DNA from: SAR324 cluster bacterium | Lineage (GTDB): Bacteria > SAR324 > NAC60-12 | Direction: 5' to 3' | DNA: 64,000 nt | Assembly (NCBI GenBank): GCA_015232315.1 | Contig: JADFZZ010000006.1 | Location: 94,600-158,599 of the forward strand | Part shown: piece after piece, positions 17,952 to 27,540 of the stretch | Position numbering within the stretch: the first letter of the stretch is position 1 | How the letters are laid out: every line of letters starts with the position of its first letter | The notes under the pieces: generated by a model | Databases searched by the model: none | Told to the model about the DNA's origin: nothing | What the model saw: only the letters and a program-made list of their open reading frames with translations | Made by a program: the position numbers and the translations under genes

Positions 17952-20738
17952 ATGAGGGCTGTAATTAGTTTTTTTGTTATCATTTTCTGGTTGTTGCCGC
18001 TACAAAATTTATTTGCCCAGAATAATGACTGGCCTCATTATAAAATTGAGGTTCACTATCACGATGAATCCAGGGTGTTGCAAGGAAAATGTTCAATCAC
18101 CTTTAACCCTCAGATTTATTCTGGACGTGAATTGATAGTGAGTTTGCCTATGAACCGTTTTGCTTCGATTGATCACCGGGGCACACGTAAAATTTTGGAA
18201 ACTCCTGTTTTTGCATTAGATTCTTACAGCAGACTGAAAGATGATCCTTTGTTTCCCTATGGGTTCCAAAAAGGATTTACCAAGATTGACTCTCTTACAG
18301 ATACCAACAACCGGCCAATTCCATTTTCCATCGAGAATAACCCGGATCTGCCTGTTGGATACAGCACGGAACATGGACTATTACGAGTTTCTCTTGAAGA
18401 GGCAATTCCTGAAAATACGCTTGTTTTTGAATTTACTACCAAATTGCCGGTACGGTTTCAGGACGGACTTGTCTTTAAGGAATTGATGGTAGTTGAATGG
18501 CACCCAGTTTTGCTGTCCTACAAGCATGGAACATGGATAAAGGATATGATGGAACCATCTCCTGGAATCTATGAAGTCATGTGGACTGCTGATACTACAG
18601 GACTTTTAATCACTTCGGCTGGAGATCTGGAATACGGCCAAGCCAGGCAACATGTCAAACTTGAACAAGTCCAGCCGCTCAAATATTTTCCACTGATTTT
18701 CTCACCGAATTATTCTCGATTGAATACTGGACATCCGGTAATCGAGTCCTATTATTTTTCAGAAGATCTACGTCGTGCCCAATTACTACAGATCTGGGGG
18801 GAAGAATTTCTTGATTATATGGCCTCTGAATTTGATTTGAAGCAACCGTGGGACAAAATCAGAATAGTGGAGGTGAGAGGCAATTATGAAGATATCAGGG
18901 TTGTCAATAATCTCATATTGGTCACGATTCCTCATTACAAACGCAGCACCTTTATGGACAGGCGAGTATTGGGCTTTTTTTCGCGTGGTATGGCAGAATT
19001 ATGGTTTGGTGAGAAGGTTTGGGCCAATGAGGATACGCAATTATGGTTGCATATGGGACTGCCAGCCTTTTTCAGTCTGAAATTTTTTGAATATAAATAT
19101 GGGCTTGACGCTAGAATTTTTGATTTTTTTGACTGGCTGAATCCTCACTATCGGGAGCACTTTTTTGAAAGCATGGTGCGCGGAGTGAATCCGGCTTTGG
19201 AAGTACCGATTATGTCTAAAATTTCAAAGTTATCCGACTATCGGGTCTATCTGAAATTTGCGACTTATAAGACAGCATTGGTATTTTCCATGTTACAGTA
19301 TCTGACCGGAAATGCTGCTTTCAGGAAAGGACTTCGTCATTTTTTTGAAAATAATCAGTATCAGGTGGTGACCTTAAAGGATATTCATCAATCTATGGAG
19401 CAAATGTATCCTGAACCGCTGGATTGGTTTTTTTTGCAATGGTTCTATACCACAGATACAATGGATTACGGGATTCGTGAATTCACGTATGATGAATTGC
19501 CAGCGGGAGGATATGAAGTCAGGGTTGTTATTGAAAAAAAAGACAAAGGACAGATGCCGGTTGATGTTGTTATTGAAACCGAAGATGAGCAGGTGATCCA
19601 TAAACGCGCATTGGGAAATCAGGATATTGAGATGATCCGATTTATTACCGTCTCTCCTCCTGTATCCATATCTTTGGATCCTGATGAAATATTATTGGAG
19701 ACTGATAGACAAAACAACCAATCATTTCATTATTTCAGAGTCCGTTTTGCGTTTGACTGGCAGAAAAACAGGGAAATTCTGATCACGTTGGTTCCTAGAG
19801 GAAGCAGTAATGCATTTGATGGCAACCATATTGGTTTGGAAACCAGACATGTTATTGGTGATTATATCTATAATGTGACACCTGGCTATGGAACAAAAAA
19901 CGAACAGCTTACCTATCAATCCTCTGTTGAACGAAGGAATTTGTTGGGAATTAAGGGGTTTGTCGCCAATGTTAATCTTTCCCGGATTGGAGGTATTTTA
20001 TCGAAAGGAGTGGGACTCCTTTATAGTTCGCCTCAACATCAGGAAAAATACTCTTACAATTATGCCGTCAATCTGGCCCAGCAAGCAGCTTTTAAAGCCA
20101 GAAAAACGTCGTCAGGTATCTCTTCAGATATCATTGAAACAGGGGATACCAGCAATATTTCCATATCACATACCAGCAACATTGGATTTGGAAATATATA
20201 TTATCTGGAATTCAATCTGGGATTCGAAAAACCAGTTCTCGCATTGGGGTCTGATTTTGACTACACACTTTGGACTGCTAAAATCCAGCATGCGATCAAA
20301 ACAGGTTTTCGTAAAAGAATTGACTGGGAATGGATAGGGGGAACGACCCAAGGAACCAGTCCATTACAGAAACATCACCAACTTGGCAGTCCAACGGTAT
20401 TGAGAGGTTATCCCCAAAGGACAATCCTGCGGGATGAAAATTTGCTGGCAATGCGGTGTGATTTTTCATTTCCGGTTATTTCTTCACAGTGGTGGGGGGA
20501 TATCTCATCACTTGGAGTTTTAGGAGGTATTTTTTATGATATGGGTAAAGTTTGGGGTAATGATGTGAATCCTGCGGATGTACCACTTCGTCAGGATGTT
20601 GGTGTTGGTCTGGTATGGAACATCAATGCCGTTTCATTGGCAGAAGCCCCCTTGAAAATTGAAGTTGCCTACCCTCTCAATGATCCGGAATTTACCAAGC
20701 CACAGCTTATTCTATTTGAAGTATTAAGCATTTTTTAA
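17952..20738 (+). CDS. Large outer-membrane protein with N-terminal gluzincin/M1-peptidase-like domain (zinc motif degenerate) and C-terminal beta-barrel
   Basis: Start set at the internal ATG at 17952, giving signal peptide MRAVISFFVIIFWLLPLQNLFAQ. The segment GMAELWFGEKVWANEDTQLWLHMGL resembles the M1 HExxH-x18-E region but lacks the two His. C-terminal ~350 aa are alternating beta-strand-like and end in ...FEVLSIF. Confidence 0.5.
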   Translation: MRAVISFFVIIFWLLPLQNLFAQNNDWPHYKIEVHYHDESRVLQGKCSITFNPQIYSGRELIVSLPMNRFASIDHRGTRKILETPVFALDSYSRLKDDPLFPYGFQKGFTKIDSLTDTNNRPIPFSIENNPDLPVGYSTEHGLLRVSLEEAIPENTLVFEFTTKLPVRFQDGLVFKELMVVEWHPVLLSYKHGTWIKDMMEPSPGIYEVMWTADTTGLLITSAGDLEYGQARQHVKLEQVQPLKYFPLIFSPNYSRLNTGHPVIESYYFSEDLRRAQLLQIWGEEFLDYMASEFDLKQPWDKIRIVEVRGNYEDIRVVNNLILVTIPHYKRSTFMDRRVLGFFSRGMAELWFGEKVWANEDTQLWLHMGLPAFFSLKFFEYKYGLDARIFDFFDWLNPHYREHFFESMVRGVNPALEVPIMSKISKLSDYRVYLKFATYKTALVFSMLQYLTGNAAFRKGLRHFFENNQYQVVTLKDIHQSMEQMYPEPLDWFFLQWFYTTDTMDYGIREFTYDELPAGGYEVRVVIEKKDKGQMPVDVVIETEDEQVIHKRALGNQDIEMIRFITVSPPVSISLDPDEILLETDRQNNQSFHYFRVRFAFDWQKNREILITLVPRGSSNAFDGNHIGLETRHVIGDYIYNVTPGYGTKNEQLTYQSSVERRNLLGIKGFVANVNLSRIGGILSKGVGLLYSSPQHQEKYSYNYAVNLAQQAAFKARKTSSGISSDIIETGDTSNISISHTSNIGFGNIYYLEFNLGFEKPVLALGSDFDYTLWTAKIQHAIKTGFRKRIDWEWIGGTTQGTSPLQKHHQLGSPTVLRGYPQRTILRDENLLAMRCDFSFPVISSQWWGDISSLGVLGGIFYDMGKVWGNDVNPADVPLRQDVGVGLVWNINAVSLAEAPLKIEVAYPLNDPEFTKPQLILFEVLSIF

Positions 20739-21088
20739 GGTTCTATCCTGAGTGTCGTTTGTGTTTCCTGATGCCCAAGAATAACGAATCCAGAATCTAT
20801 TTTCAAAATCCTGTAGGATTTTGCTTCTTCTCCTGTTTTCAGAATATATTTTAGGTCGTTAATCTGAATATAAGCGTGTGCAATGCCATCAATTCTTCCA
20901 ATCGCCAGAAGTTTTGGTTCTGACTGATTTGCTACAGATTTTGCTGAATCTGAAGGTTTTGGTGCACTTGCGGGAACAGGCTTAGTCGGTTGAATCAGGC
21001 TGGAAAAAGGATCCCTTTCCTGAGCCGATGTTGATGATGGGAACATTAATAAAAAAAGGATCAGCGTAGTTGGAATGAAGGGTATCAT
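20735..21088 (-). CDS. PilP/GspC-like small periplasmic pilus/secretion assembly protein
   Basis: 117 aa with signal peptide, an early RDPF motif (common in PilP), a Pro/Ala/Ser-rich linker and a C-terminal beta-rich domain. Directly downstream of the PilO-like gene. Confidence 0.4.
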   Translation of the reverse strand: MIPFIPTTLILFLLMFPSSTSAQERDPFSSLIQPTKPVPASAPKPSDSAKSVANQSEPKLLAIGRIDGIAHAYIQINDLKYILKTGEEAKSYRILKIDSGFVILGHQETQTTLRIEP

Positions 21089-21098
21089 GGTTCAAGGA

Positions 21099-21707
21099 TT
21101 ATTGAAGGTTGATCGCATTCGGCGATTGAGTTTGGGATAAGGCATAACGATGATAGACACTCAGGGAAATGTTGATTTTTAAATCTGGTGTGACTGTTTT
21201 TGAAACCTGATTCTCAATGTGAAGTTTTCGGATGTTGATCAGGATAGGAAGTTCCTGAATTTTTTTAATAAACTGGATCAATTGACGGTATTGGCCGGTT
21301 AGTTCCAGAACAATGCTAAGTTCAGCATAATGTTCAAACGGTTTTTCAGGGGGGATAACCTGCCGTAACAGTTTGATTTGGCTTTCTTTGACTACTTTAA
21401 AAAGATGCTGATTTAATTCAGCAATATTCCATTCCAGCGGGAGCGCTCTGTCGATAAGTTGCATTTGCTCCTGAATCCTTTGTTTTTCAGCCTCAAAATG
21501 TGTTTGATGCCGCTCATATTGTTGTAGTTCATTCAGAGCCTGAACAGATTCCGTGAGTTTTTTTTCCAATCGGGTTTTGTCGTTTAATGCGGGTCTGAGT
21601 TTCAGATTATAAAACATCATCATGCATAATATAATGCCCAGAATGATTAGAAGCAGTTTTTTTTGTTCATGATTCCAATTGCCTGGAATTGATAAAATAG
21701 TATTCAT
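21099..21707 (-). CDS. PilO/GspM-like bitopic inner-membrane assembly protein
   Basis: Topology: short cytoplasmic N-terminus, single TM (LLLIILGIILCMMMFY), coiled-coil segment, periplasmic domain. 202 aa. Matches PilO/GspM organisation. Confidence 0.5.
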   Translation of the reverse strand: MNTILSIPGNWNHEQKKLLLIILGIILCMMMFYNLKLRPALNDKTRLEKKLTESVQALNELQQYERHQTHFEAEKQRIQEQMQLIDRALPLEWNIAELNQHLFKVVKESQIKLLRQVIPPEKPFEHYAELSIVLELTGQYRQLIQFIKKIQELPILINIRKLHIENQVSKTVTPDLKINISLSVYHRYALSQTQSPNAINLQ

Positions 21708-21722
21708 CAGGATTGTTCAGTT

Positions 21723-23651
21723 ATGTCAGTATTGATATTAGTTCAGCTTATTACATTTATGGGGATATTCTTTCTGGCTCGCCTGGTTTTCCTTATATAT
21801 TACTGGGAATTTTTTGACAAATATTCTTTCAATGAATTGTTGTGGAGTTTTATTCATGGCGTCAGGTTTGATCTGGTTGTGATCCTTAAGTTATCACTCG
21901 TACTGCTAATACCAGTGTTGTTGAGCTATGGAAAGATTCAACGTATATTTCTCAGAATTCTCCCCTATTATCTTTGGGGATGCATGTTCTTTTTTCTATT
22001 ATTGCATGTATCGGATCTGACATATTATCGTACAATCGGAAGACGACTTTCTTTTGAGTTTTTCACAATTGGGGGAGACATCCTGCCTGTTGCTAAGTTA
22101 GCGTTTACGTCATTTTTTTGGGAGTCCGCAGGGGGTGTGCTGGTTACAGTTCTGTTTACATGGGGCTGGTTTCGGTTATGGAGAGCAATCTCTCAGAATA
22201 GAAATTCTGGTTTGAAACCCTCCCTTGTGAACTGGGGGCAACGGTTGGTTTTACTTGTTGTTCTGGCTATCGGGGCTAGAGGTGGGCTACAGAGCAAACC
22301 GTTATCCCAATCAATGGCCTTTCAAAATGAACCACTGCCGCTTGGACATCTGACATTGAGTGCTCCATTCACGGTGATGGAGCAAATGACCATGGACAGG
22401 ATCCATAAATTAGCATGGTTATCAGAGGATGACTCTTTGAAAATTGCCAGGAATCTGGTGAAAAATCACAAAACCAATGAGATTTTTCTGGACAAGGAAC
22501 ATGCGTTTTATCGGATATCCCAACAGGAACATACCACCGGACAAAAGCCATTGAATGTGGTCGTAATTATGCTGGAAAGCTGGACTGCACGGTACATGGC
22601 GTCTTTTGGGGGACCTGTTGCATCGACTCCAAATTTTGATAGTTTGTGTAAAAAAGGCCAGGTCTTTGATCAATTTTATGCCAATGGATCGCGTTCCATT
22701 ATTGGTATTGCCTCAGTTCTGGCCTCTATTCCGGGATTCACGGACGCTCAGGTTATCATGGGGGCGTTCACACAAAATACCATGACTTCGTTTCCACAAA
22801 TTCTGGAACAAAATGGCTATCAAACGCTCTTCCTTCATGGTGGGTTTGAAGGAAGCCTGGGAATTCATGATTTTGCGAGAAAACTTGGTTATGATAAGGT
22901 AATCGCTAAAGAAAATTTTGAAAATCCTGACAACAAATGGGATGGTTTATGGGGGATCTGGGATCATTTTCAATTTGAGAGATTCAAACAGGAACTGGAT
23001 TCGTTACAGGAACCATTTCATGGGGCAATTTTTACATCATCGTCCCACCAGCCCTTTCATCTTCCTGATCCTGAATTTTCTGTTTTTGATTCTTCAGTTC
23101 CAGATTATGAATGGTTAAATGCCCTGCACTATTCAGATTGGGCTCTAGGACAGTTTTTTGAACAAGCCAAGTCTTCATCGTGGTTTAAGAATACGGTGTT
23201 TGTTATTACAGCGGATCACACCATCTGGGCACATCGTGGAAAGGCGGTCGAAAATGCTCACATACCGTTGTTGATATATTCACCCTCAGAAGTCATTGCT
23301 CCGGGAATAAATCATACCATAGGTTCCCAAGTGGATATATTGCCATCCATGATAGATTTGCTAGGCCTTTCGACGGCTCATTCGTCTATGGGGAAAAGCC
23401 TGTTTTCAGAAACCAGTGAGTCCTTTGCCTTGTTTAATTCTGTCATCTATTTGTGGATCACACCAGATTATGCACTCAGCTTTGTGGATAACAAGTTAGC
23501 ATCCATCTATAATAATCATACAAAAGTTTTGCAGGAAAAAATCAATTTTACAAAACTGCCTTCGGACATTCAGTCTGAAATCCGCACATACCTAGGCTAT
23601 ACCCAGACAGCGCATAATACGCTCATTACCAATTCTATTGCGCCCTGGTAG
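21723..23651 (+). CDS. Membrane-anchored alkaline-phosphatase/sulfatase-superfamily transferase (LtaS/OpgB/EptA-like)
   Basis: Five N-terminal TM helices followed by a sulfatase-like domain (VVIMLESWTARYMASFGG, ITADHT). Architecture matches phosphoglycerol / phosphoethanolamine transferases. Confidence 0.7.
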   Translation: MSVLILVQLITFMGIFFLARLVFLIYYWEFFDKYSFNELLWSFIHGVRFDLVVILKLSLVLLIPVLLSYGKIQRIFLRILPYYLWGCMFFFLLLHVSDLTYYRTIGRRLSFEFFTIGGDILPVAKLAFTSFFWESAGGVLVTVLFTWGWFRLWRAISQNRNSGLKPSLVNWGQRLVLLVVLAIGARGGLQSKPLSQSMAFQNEPLPLGHLTLSAPFTVMEQMTMDRIHKLAWLSEDDSLKIARNLVKNHKTNEIFLDKEHAFYRISQQEHTTGQKPLNVVVIMLESWTARYMASFGGPVASTPNFDSLCKKGQVFDQFYANGSRSIIGIASVLASIPGFTDAQVIMGAFTQNTMTSFPQILEQNGYQTLFLHGGFEGSLGIHDFARKLGYDKVIAKENFENPDNKWDGLWGIWDHFQFERFKQELDSLQEPFHGAIFTSSSHQPFHLPDPEFSVFDSSVPDYEWLNALHYSDWALGQFFEQAKSSSWFKNTVFVITADHTIWAHRGKAVENAHIPLLIYSPSEVIAPGINHTIGSQVDILPSMIDLLGLSTAHSSMGKSLFSETSESFALFNSVIYLWITPDYALSFVDNKLASIYNNHTKVLQEKINFTKLPSDIQSEIRTYLGYTQTAHNTLITNSIAPW

Positions 23652-23655
23652 GTTG

Positions 23656-24897
23656 TTATTGAAAAATTGTATGTTTCAATTCGATATTCAAAACAAATTC
23701 TGTGACTTCTCTCTGATAAAGTTCGACTTTTTGTTGTAATTTAAAATGAACGTTTTGGATGAGTGAATTACTTTTCAATGAGACAAGCACTTGCGGAATT
23801 AATTCCGGATCAATCGTGAAGAGTGCCACCTCTACTTTGCCATCCTGATAATCCAGCGATTTAACCCAGACACCTTGAATGGGCGAAATGATTTGATCCA
23901 GAACAGAGTGCGCCAGCGAAGAATAGGTCTTTAAATGTTGATAAAGCGCATTGACCTGAAGAAAATGGTTTTGCTGTGCGGTATAATCATTGAGAAGTTG
24001 GAGTTGAATTCGACGTTCATCCGTTTTAAGCATGGCCTGCGTCAATTCGGTTTTGATATGATCTATGGAATTGCGAGTGTATTGATGCCAAATAAGAATT
24101 CCTGAAATTAATAGGGAGGGGACTGCAATTAACAGGGATTTTTGATATTTTGCGAGATTCTGTGATTTCTGTACATTCCAGGAAAAAGGATGTCGGGTTG
24201 AGGTTTGGGAAAATTGCCCTTGGGAAATTAAATTTTCAATGGTCAGAGTATTTGTCGCCTCATCTTGATTAACAGAGATCGTTAGACAGGTTAGTTGTTG
24301 AGTCTCCAACTGTTTCATATCTGCGAGCAGCAGTAATGCCTGTTGCCGGTCAGTTGCATGGATATTTACCCATTGCTGAATTTTTCCTCGTTGGGTTTGG
24401 ATAAACGTGTATTTAGCGGCTGTTTCGAGAAGAATATGATGGTTAGGATATTGCTGTAATTCTGGAATGCACAAATAAGTGAGTGGTATTGATTCAATAG
24501 GGGTTCGAGACAGTTTTTGCAGAACTTTAATCAATGCTTGTGTTGCGAAGGACATCATCGAACAGAATAACGCACCGAATTGTGTGCCATCTTCTAAAAA
24601 ACAGAAACCCACAGAAGAATCCAGTATATGAGGGGTTTGGAACCGATTCCTGATATATTGGGTAATTTCTTCGTTGTTTAAGGATGTGAATAACTGTTCA
24701 TGGGAATTCATCACCCAGGGATATTCAAGCAATAGAATAATTTTTGAATATTTTTTTTGAGGGAATAGTTCGGCAATGGATTGGGGTGAATTATCGGATG
24801 GATACGTGGTAGAAAATATTTGTTTTCCATTTGATAGCCCCCACACTTGGTGGGGCCCCAGGATCAGATAAAAAATATCTTTTGAGAATAACCGCAT
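23656..24897 (-). CDS. GspL-like or PilM-PilN fusion-like assembly protein (cytoplasmic actin-like domain, TM, periplasmic domain)
   Basis: ~250-aa cytoplasmic N-domain, single TM (LLIAVPSLLISGILIW) near residue 255, then coiled coil plus ~130-aa periplasmic domain. Sits between the prepilin peptidase and PilO/PilP-like genes. Confidence 0.45.
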   Translation of the reverse strand: MRLFSKDIFYLILGPHQVWGLSNGKQIFSTTYPSDNSPQSIAELFPQKKYSKIILLLEYPWVMNSHEQLFTSLNNEEITQYIRNRFQTPHILDSSVGFCFLEDGTQFGALFCSMMSFATQALIKVLQKLSRTPIESIPLTYLCIPELQQYPNHHILLETAAKYTFIQTQRGKIQQWVNIHATDRQQALLLLADMKQLETQQLTCLTISVNQDEATNTLTIENLISQGQFSQTSTRHPFSWNVQKSQNLAKYQKSLLIAVPSLLISGILIWHQYTRNSIDHIKTELTQAMLKTDERRIQLQLLNDYTAQQNHFLQVNALYQHLKTYSSLAHSVLDQIISPIQGVWVKSLDYQDGKVEVALFTIDPELIPQVLVSLKSNSLIQNVHFKLQQKVELYQREVTEFVLNIELKHTIFQ

Positions 24898-24925
24898 CAG
24901 TATTCGGCGTTAATATAAATCACAA

Positions 24926-25705
24926 TTATTCAAAAATGAAAGGCTTCATGATATTGGTCAATGGATGATCAATATGTTGAATCAAATAGACCAAACTGCC
25001 TCCCAGACATAAAAAAGGAGCAAAAGGGATTTGAGTGCTTCCAACGGGCTGTTTTTTGATGATCAACACACCCACACCTATTATTAAGCCACTGATTGCC
25101 GCCAGTAAAACCACCAGACTTAATCCTTGCCAACCCGTCCATAGTGCAACCAGTCCCAGCACAGCCGCGTCTCCATCGCCCAATCCTGGCCGGCGCCTCA
25201 GGGTTTCATAAAAAAAACCAATAAAATAAAAAGCTCCCGCAGCCACTAGCATGCCTGTCAGAAAAGATAAAAGCTGATTGGTTTCAAACAGAATAATCCA
25301 GGTGACACGCAGACAAATTCCTCCTACAATGATCCGTGGTTCTATGGTCATTGTATTCCAGTCGATGACGGCAATGATGATCAGCAGATATAGCAACAGC
25401 AATTCATTAATTATTGACAGAGAATAGCCACGCCAGAGAAACAACCCAATAGTTCCCATGAACGTCAGACATTCAATCAGCAATGGTTGAAGGGGGAGTG
25501 GATTGTCGCAGGATTGGCATTTTTTTCCAGCAAGCCAGTATCCTGCCAGTGGAATATTCAACAAAACCGGGAGTTGGTTCTGGCAGGAGTTGCATGTGCC
25601 GAGAGAAAATAAGGGGAGATCATCAGGCATACGTTGAATACACCGGTTCAGAATAATGCTGCTGAAACCTCCCAGAATGATAATGCCTAAAAACTCAAGG
25701 ATCAT
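24926..25705 (-). CDS. pilD: Prepilin peptidase (A24 family, PilD/GspO-like)
   Basis: N-terminal tetracysteine zinc motif CNSC...CQSC, multi-TM body with conserved Asp-containing segments (AVIDW, GLGDGDAAVLG). 259 aa. Confidence 0.7.
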   Translation of the reverse strand: MILEFLGIIILGGFSSIILNRCIQRMPDDLPLFSLGTCNSCQNQLPVLLNIPLAGYWLAGKKCQSCDNPLPLQPLLIECLTFMGTIGLFLWRGYSLSIINELLLLYLLIIIAVIDWNTMTIEPRIIVGGICLRVTWIILFETNQLLSFLTGMLVAAGAFYFIGFFYETLRRRPGLGDGDAAVLGLVALWTGWQGLSLVVLLAAISGLIIGVGVLIIKKQPVGSTQIPFAPFLCLGGSLVYLIQHIDHPLTNIMKPFIFE

Positions 25706-25707
25706 GT

Positions 25708-26706
25708 TTATTTTACAGGAGAAATTTCGCCTGTATTACCATCAATATGATAATGACGAGTTTTTGAAGCTGATTTTATTTTTATCAATATGCTTCCTTC
25801 TCCAATGTCATCTGCTTTTGCATCATCCGGAACGGCCCAGATTGTGACGTTTCCATCAAATTCCTGGTCTTGGTATCGTGGAGAGTTTATTTCAATAGGA
25901 AAACGGACAAAACCACTTGCATCCAGTTCCACACTTTCCGGGAACTGGATATTGGGGTAATTGCTTCGTAGATAGAGTTTTCCAGTTCTTCCCAGATTTT
26001 GACCTGTTTGCACGTTGCCAAGCTGGATAGACAAGCGGATTGTTGATTGCTGTGTTTTTGTGAAATCAACGTCATAGGAATCGGCTGTGATGAATAATTT
26101 ATAGGGAATATCTTCAATTTTTTTAGATAGATCATCAGTGCTGGAAATGGAAACCACTCTTTTTCCAGGAACAAGTTCTATGGAGGAGTTTTTGTTATCC
26201 ACAGAGATCAGCCCTTCTGTCAGCGCAATAGAGGAGGCTGTTTCATTGGTTGAAACTCTAAGAGATGTTCCTTTAACTCCAATTGTTGCAGTGGGTGTTT
26301 TGATGGAAGTTTGCTGCCGACTTTTTTGCATTTTCCCCCAAAAGGATCCCATTTTCATAAAAAAATTGTAGCGAAAAGAACGTTGTTCAGTTTCTTGTTC
26401 TTTTCCTGTTTCAATCATGAACTGGGTGTTTTCAAAAAGTCTAATTTCAGAACCATCTCTGAACAGGACTGTCACTCGTCCGCCCTGACCCGTTATGATG
26501 GTATCATCCTGATAAAGCAAGAGCCCTTCTCGGCCCATTGTGCGTTTATTCATTTTTGAAATTTGCACCTCCACTTTTCCATTAACCTTGGTCAAGGTCG
26601 CGACAGCCGTGGGATTTTGAGCGAAAAGAGTGTTTGTCATCAATGTGACGGTAATCACTACAACCGAAAGAATTAGTTTTGTTGGATATCGCATATATTT
26701 TTTCAT
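25708..26706 (-). CDS. Secreted FecR-domain-like protein
   Basis: Signal peptide (LILSVVVITVTLMTNTLFAQ). Beta-rich region with FecR-like pattern (GKVEVQ...LYQDDTIITGQGGRVTVLFRDGSEIRLFENTQF). Weak assignment. Confidence 0.4.
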   Translation of the reverse strand: MKKYMRYPTKLILSVVVITVTLMTNTLFAQNPTAVATLTKVNGKVEVQISKMNKRTMGREGLLLYQDDTIITGQGGRVTVLFRDGSEIRLFENTQFMIETGKEQETEQRSFRYNFFMKMGSFWGKMQKSRQQTSIKTPTATIGVKGTSLRVSTNETASSIALTEGLISVDNKNSSIELVPGKRVVSISSTDDLSKKIEDIPYKLFITADSYDVDFTKTQQSTIRLSIQLGNVQTGQNLGRTGKLYLRSNYPNIQFPESVELDASGFVRFPIEINSPRYQDQEFDGNVTIWAVPDDAKADDIGEGSILIKIKSASKTRHYHIDGNTGEISPVK

Positions 26707-26718
26707 AAGTCCTCTTGG

Positions 26719-27492
26719 TTAATGGCCACGTTGTCTTTTTGTAAATTCTAAGAGTGGAGGAACAACTGAATCAGCATTCAATAATCCGTTCATATAATCA
26801 ATTTTTGGTAAAATCAAATATCTTCCATGGGGCATCGACCGCCCGGCTTCACGAACCGACAAAAATATTGGTTCTGATGTGCTGGTAAACAACATCGCAT
26901 GGGTTGTCATTGCGGGTAGATGCGATTCAACACCTTGCCATTGCGCACTTGTCTCCAAGGAATTGATGTAGGCCTGACTAGAACCGCAAATAATTTTCTG
27001 CTGAATATCTTCTGCAAGATTCCATTCCTGATGATTATTCAAATAATTTTTGATCAATCCTTCACGGATCAGTTGGATGTTTGCTGTTAATGAAGAATTT
27101 TCTCCAGTATTGGCATAAGGATGCATTCCAAAAATTGAAAGAGAACGTAAATGCTGTGTATGATAGGCTGCCATCATGAATCCTACCTGTGCGCCTATTC
27201 CAAAACCTAAAAAATGAAAGCTGTCAATTCCGAGTTCGGCTTTGATGGCCAACACATGCTCAATTCTGGATTCAATTTTATAAAACTCAGGTTCTTCCGG
27301 TGAATCACTATTTCCTTGTCCCAATGGGTCAATCAAGACCAGTCGGAAGTGATCTCCCAAAAGATCCACATAATAAGATTTATACCAGCAGTCCAGAGTT
27401 AGGAATGCTGGTGCATGCAGAATCAGGAATGGGCCTTTATCTCCTTCAACTTCATAGTAAATACGCTGTTTTTGACTTACAACAATAGGCAT
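26719..27492 (-). CDS. Alpha/beta-hydrolase-fold protein (nucleophile elbow atypical)
   Basis: HGxP-like start (ILHAPAFLTLD) and an elbow-like FHFLGFGIGAQVG in which the usual Ser is replaced by Gly. Fold-level call only; may be non-catalytic or use a different nucleophile. Confidence 0.5.
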   Translation of the reverse strand: MPIVVSQKQRIYYEVEGDKGPFLILHAPAFLTLDCWYKSYYVDLLGDHFRLVLIDPLGQGNSDSPEEPEFYKIESRIEHVLAIKAELGIDSFHFLGFGIGAQVGFMMAAYHTQHLRSLSIFGMHPYANTGENSSLTANIQLIREGLIKNYLNNHQEWNLAEDIQQKIICGSSQAYINSLETSAQWQGVESHLPAMTTHAMLFTSTSEPIFLSVREAGRSMPHGRYLILPKIDYMNGLLNADSVVPPLLEFTKRQRGH

Positions 27493-27540
27493 AATTCTCG
27501 TTTAAATGGACATGCGAAGTAAAATTAGGGTTCAAATAAA

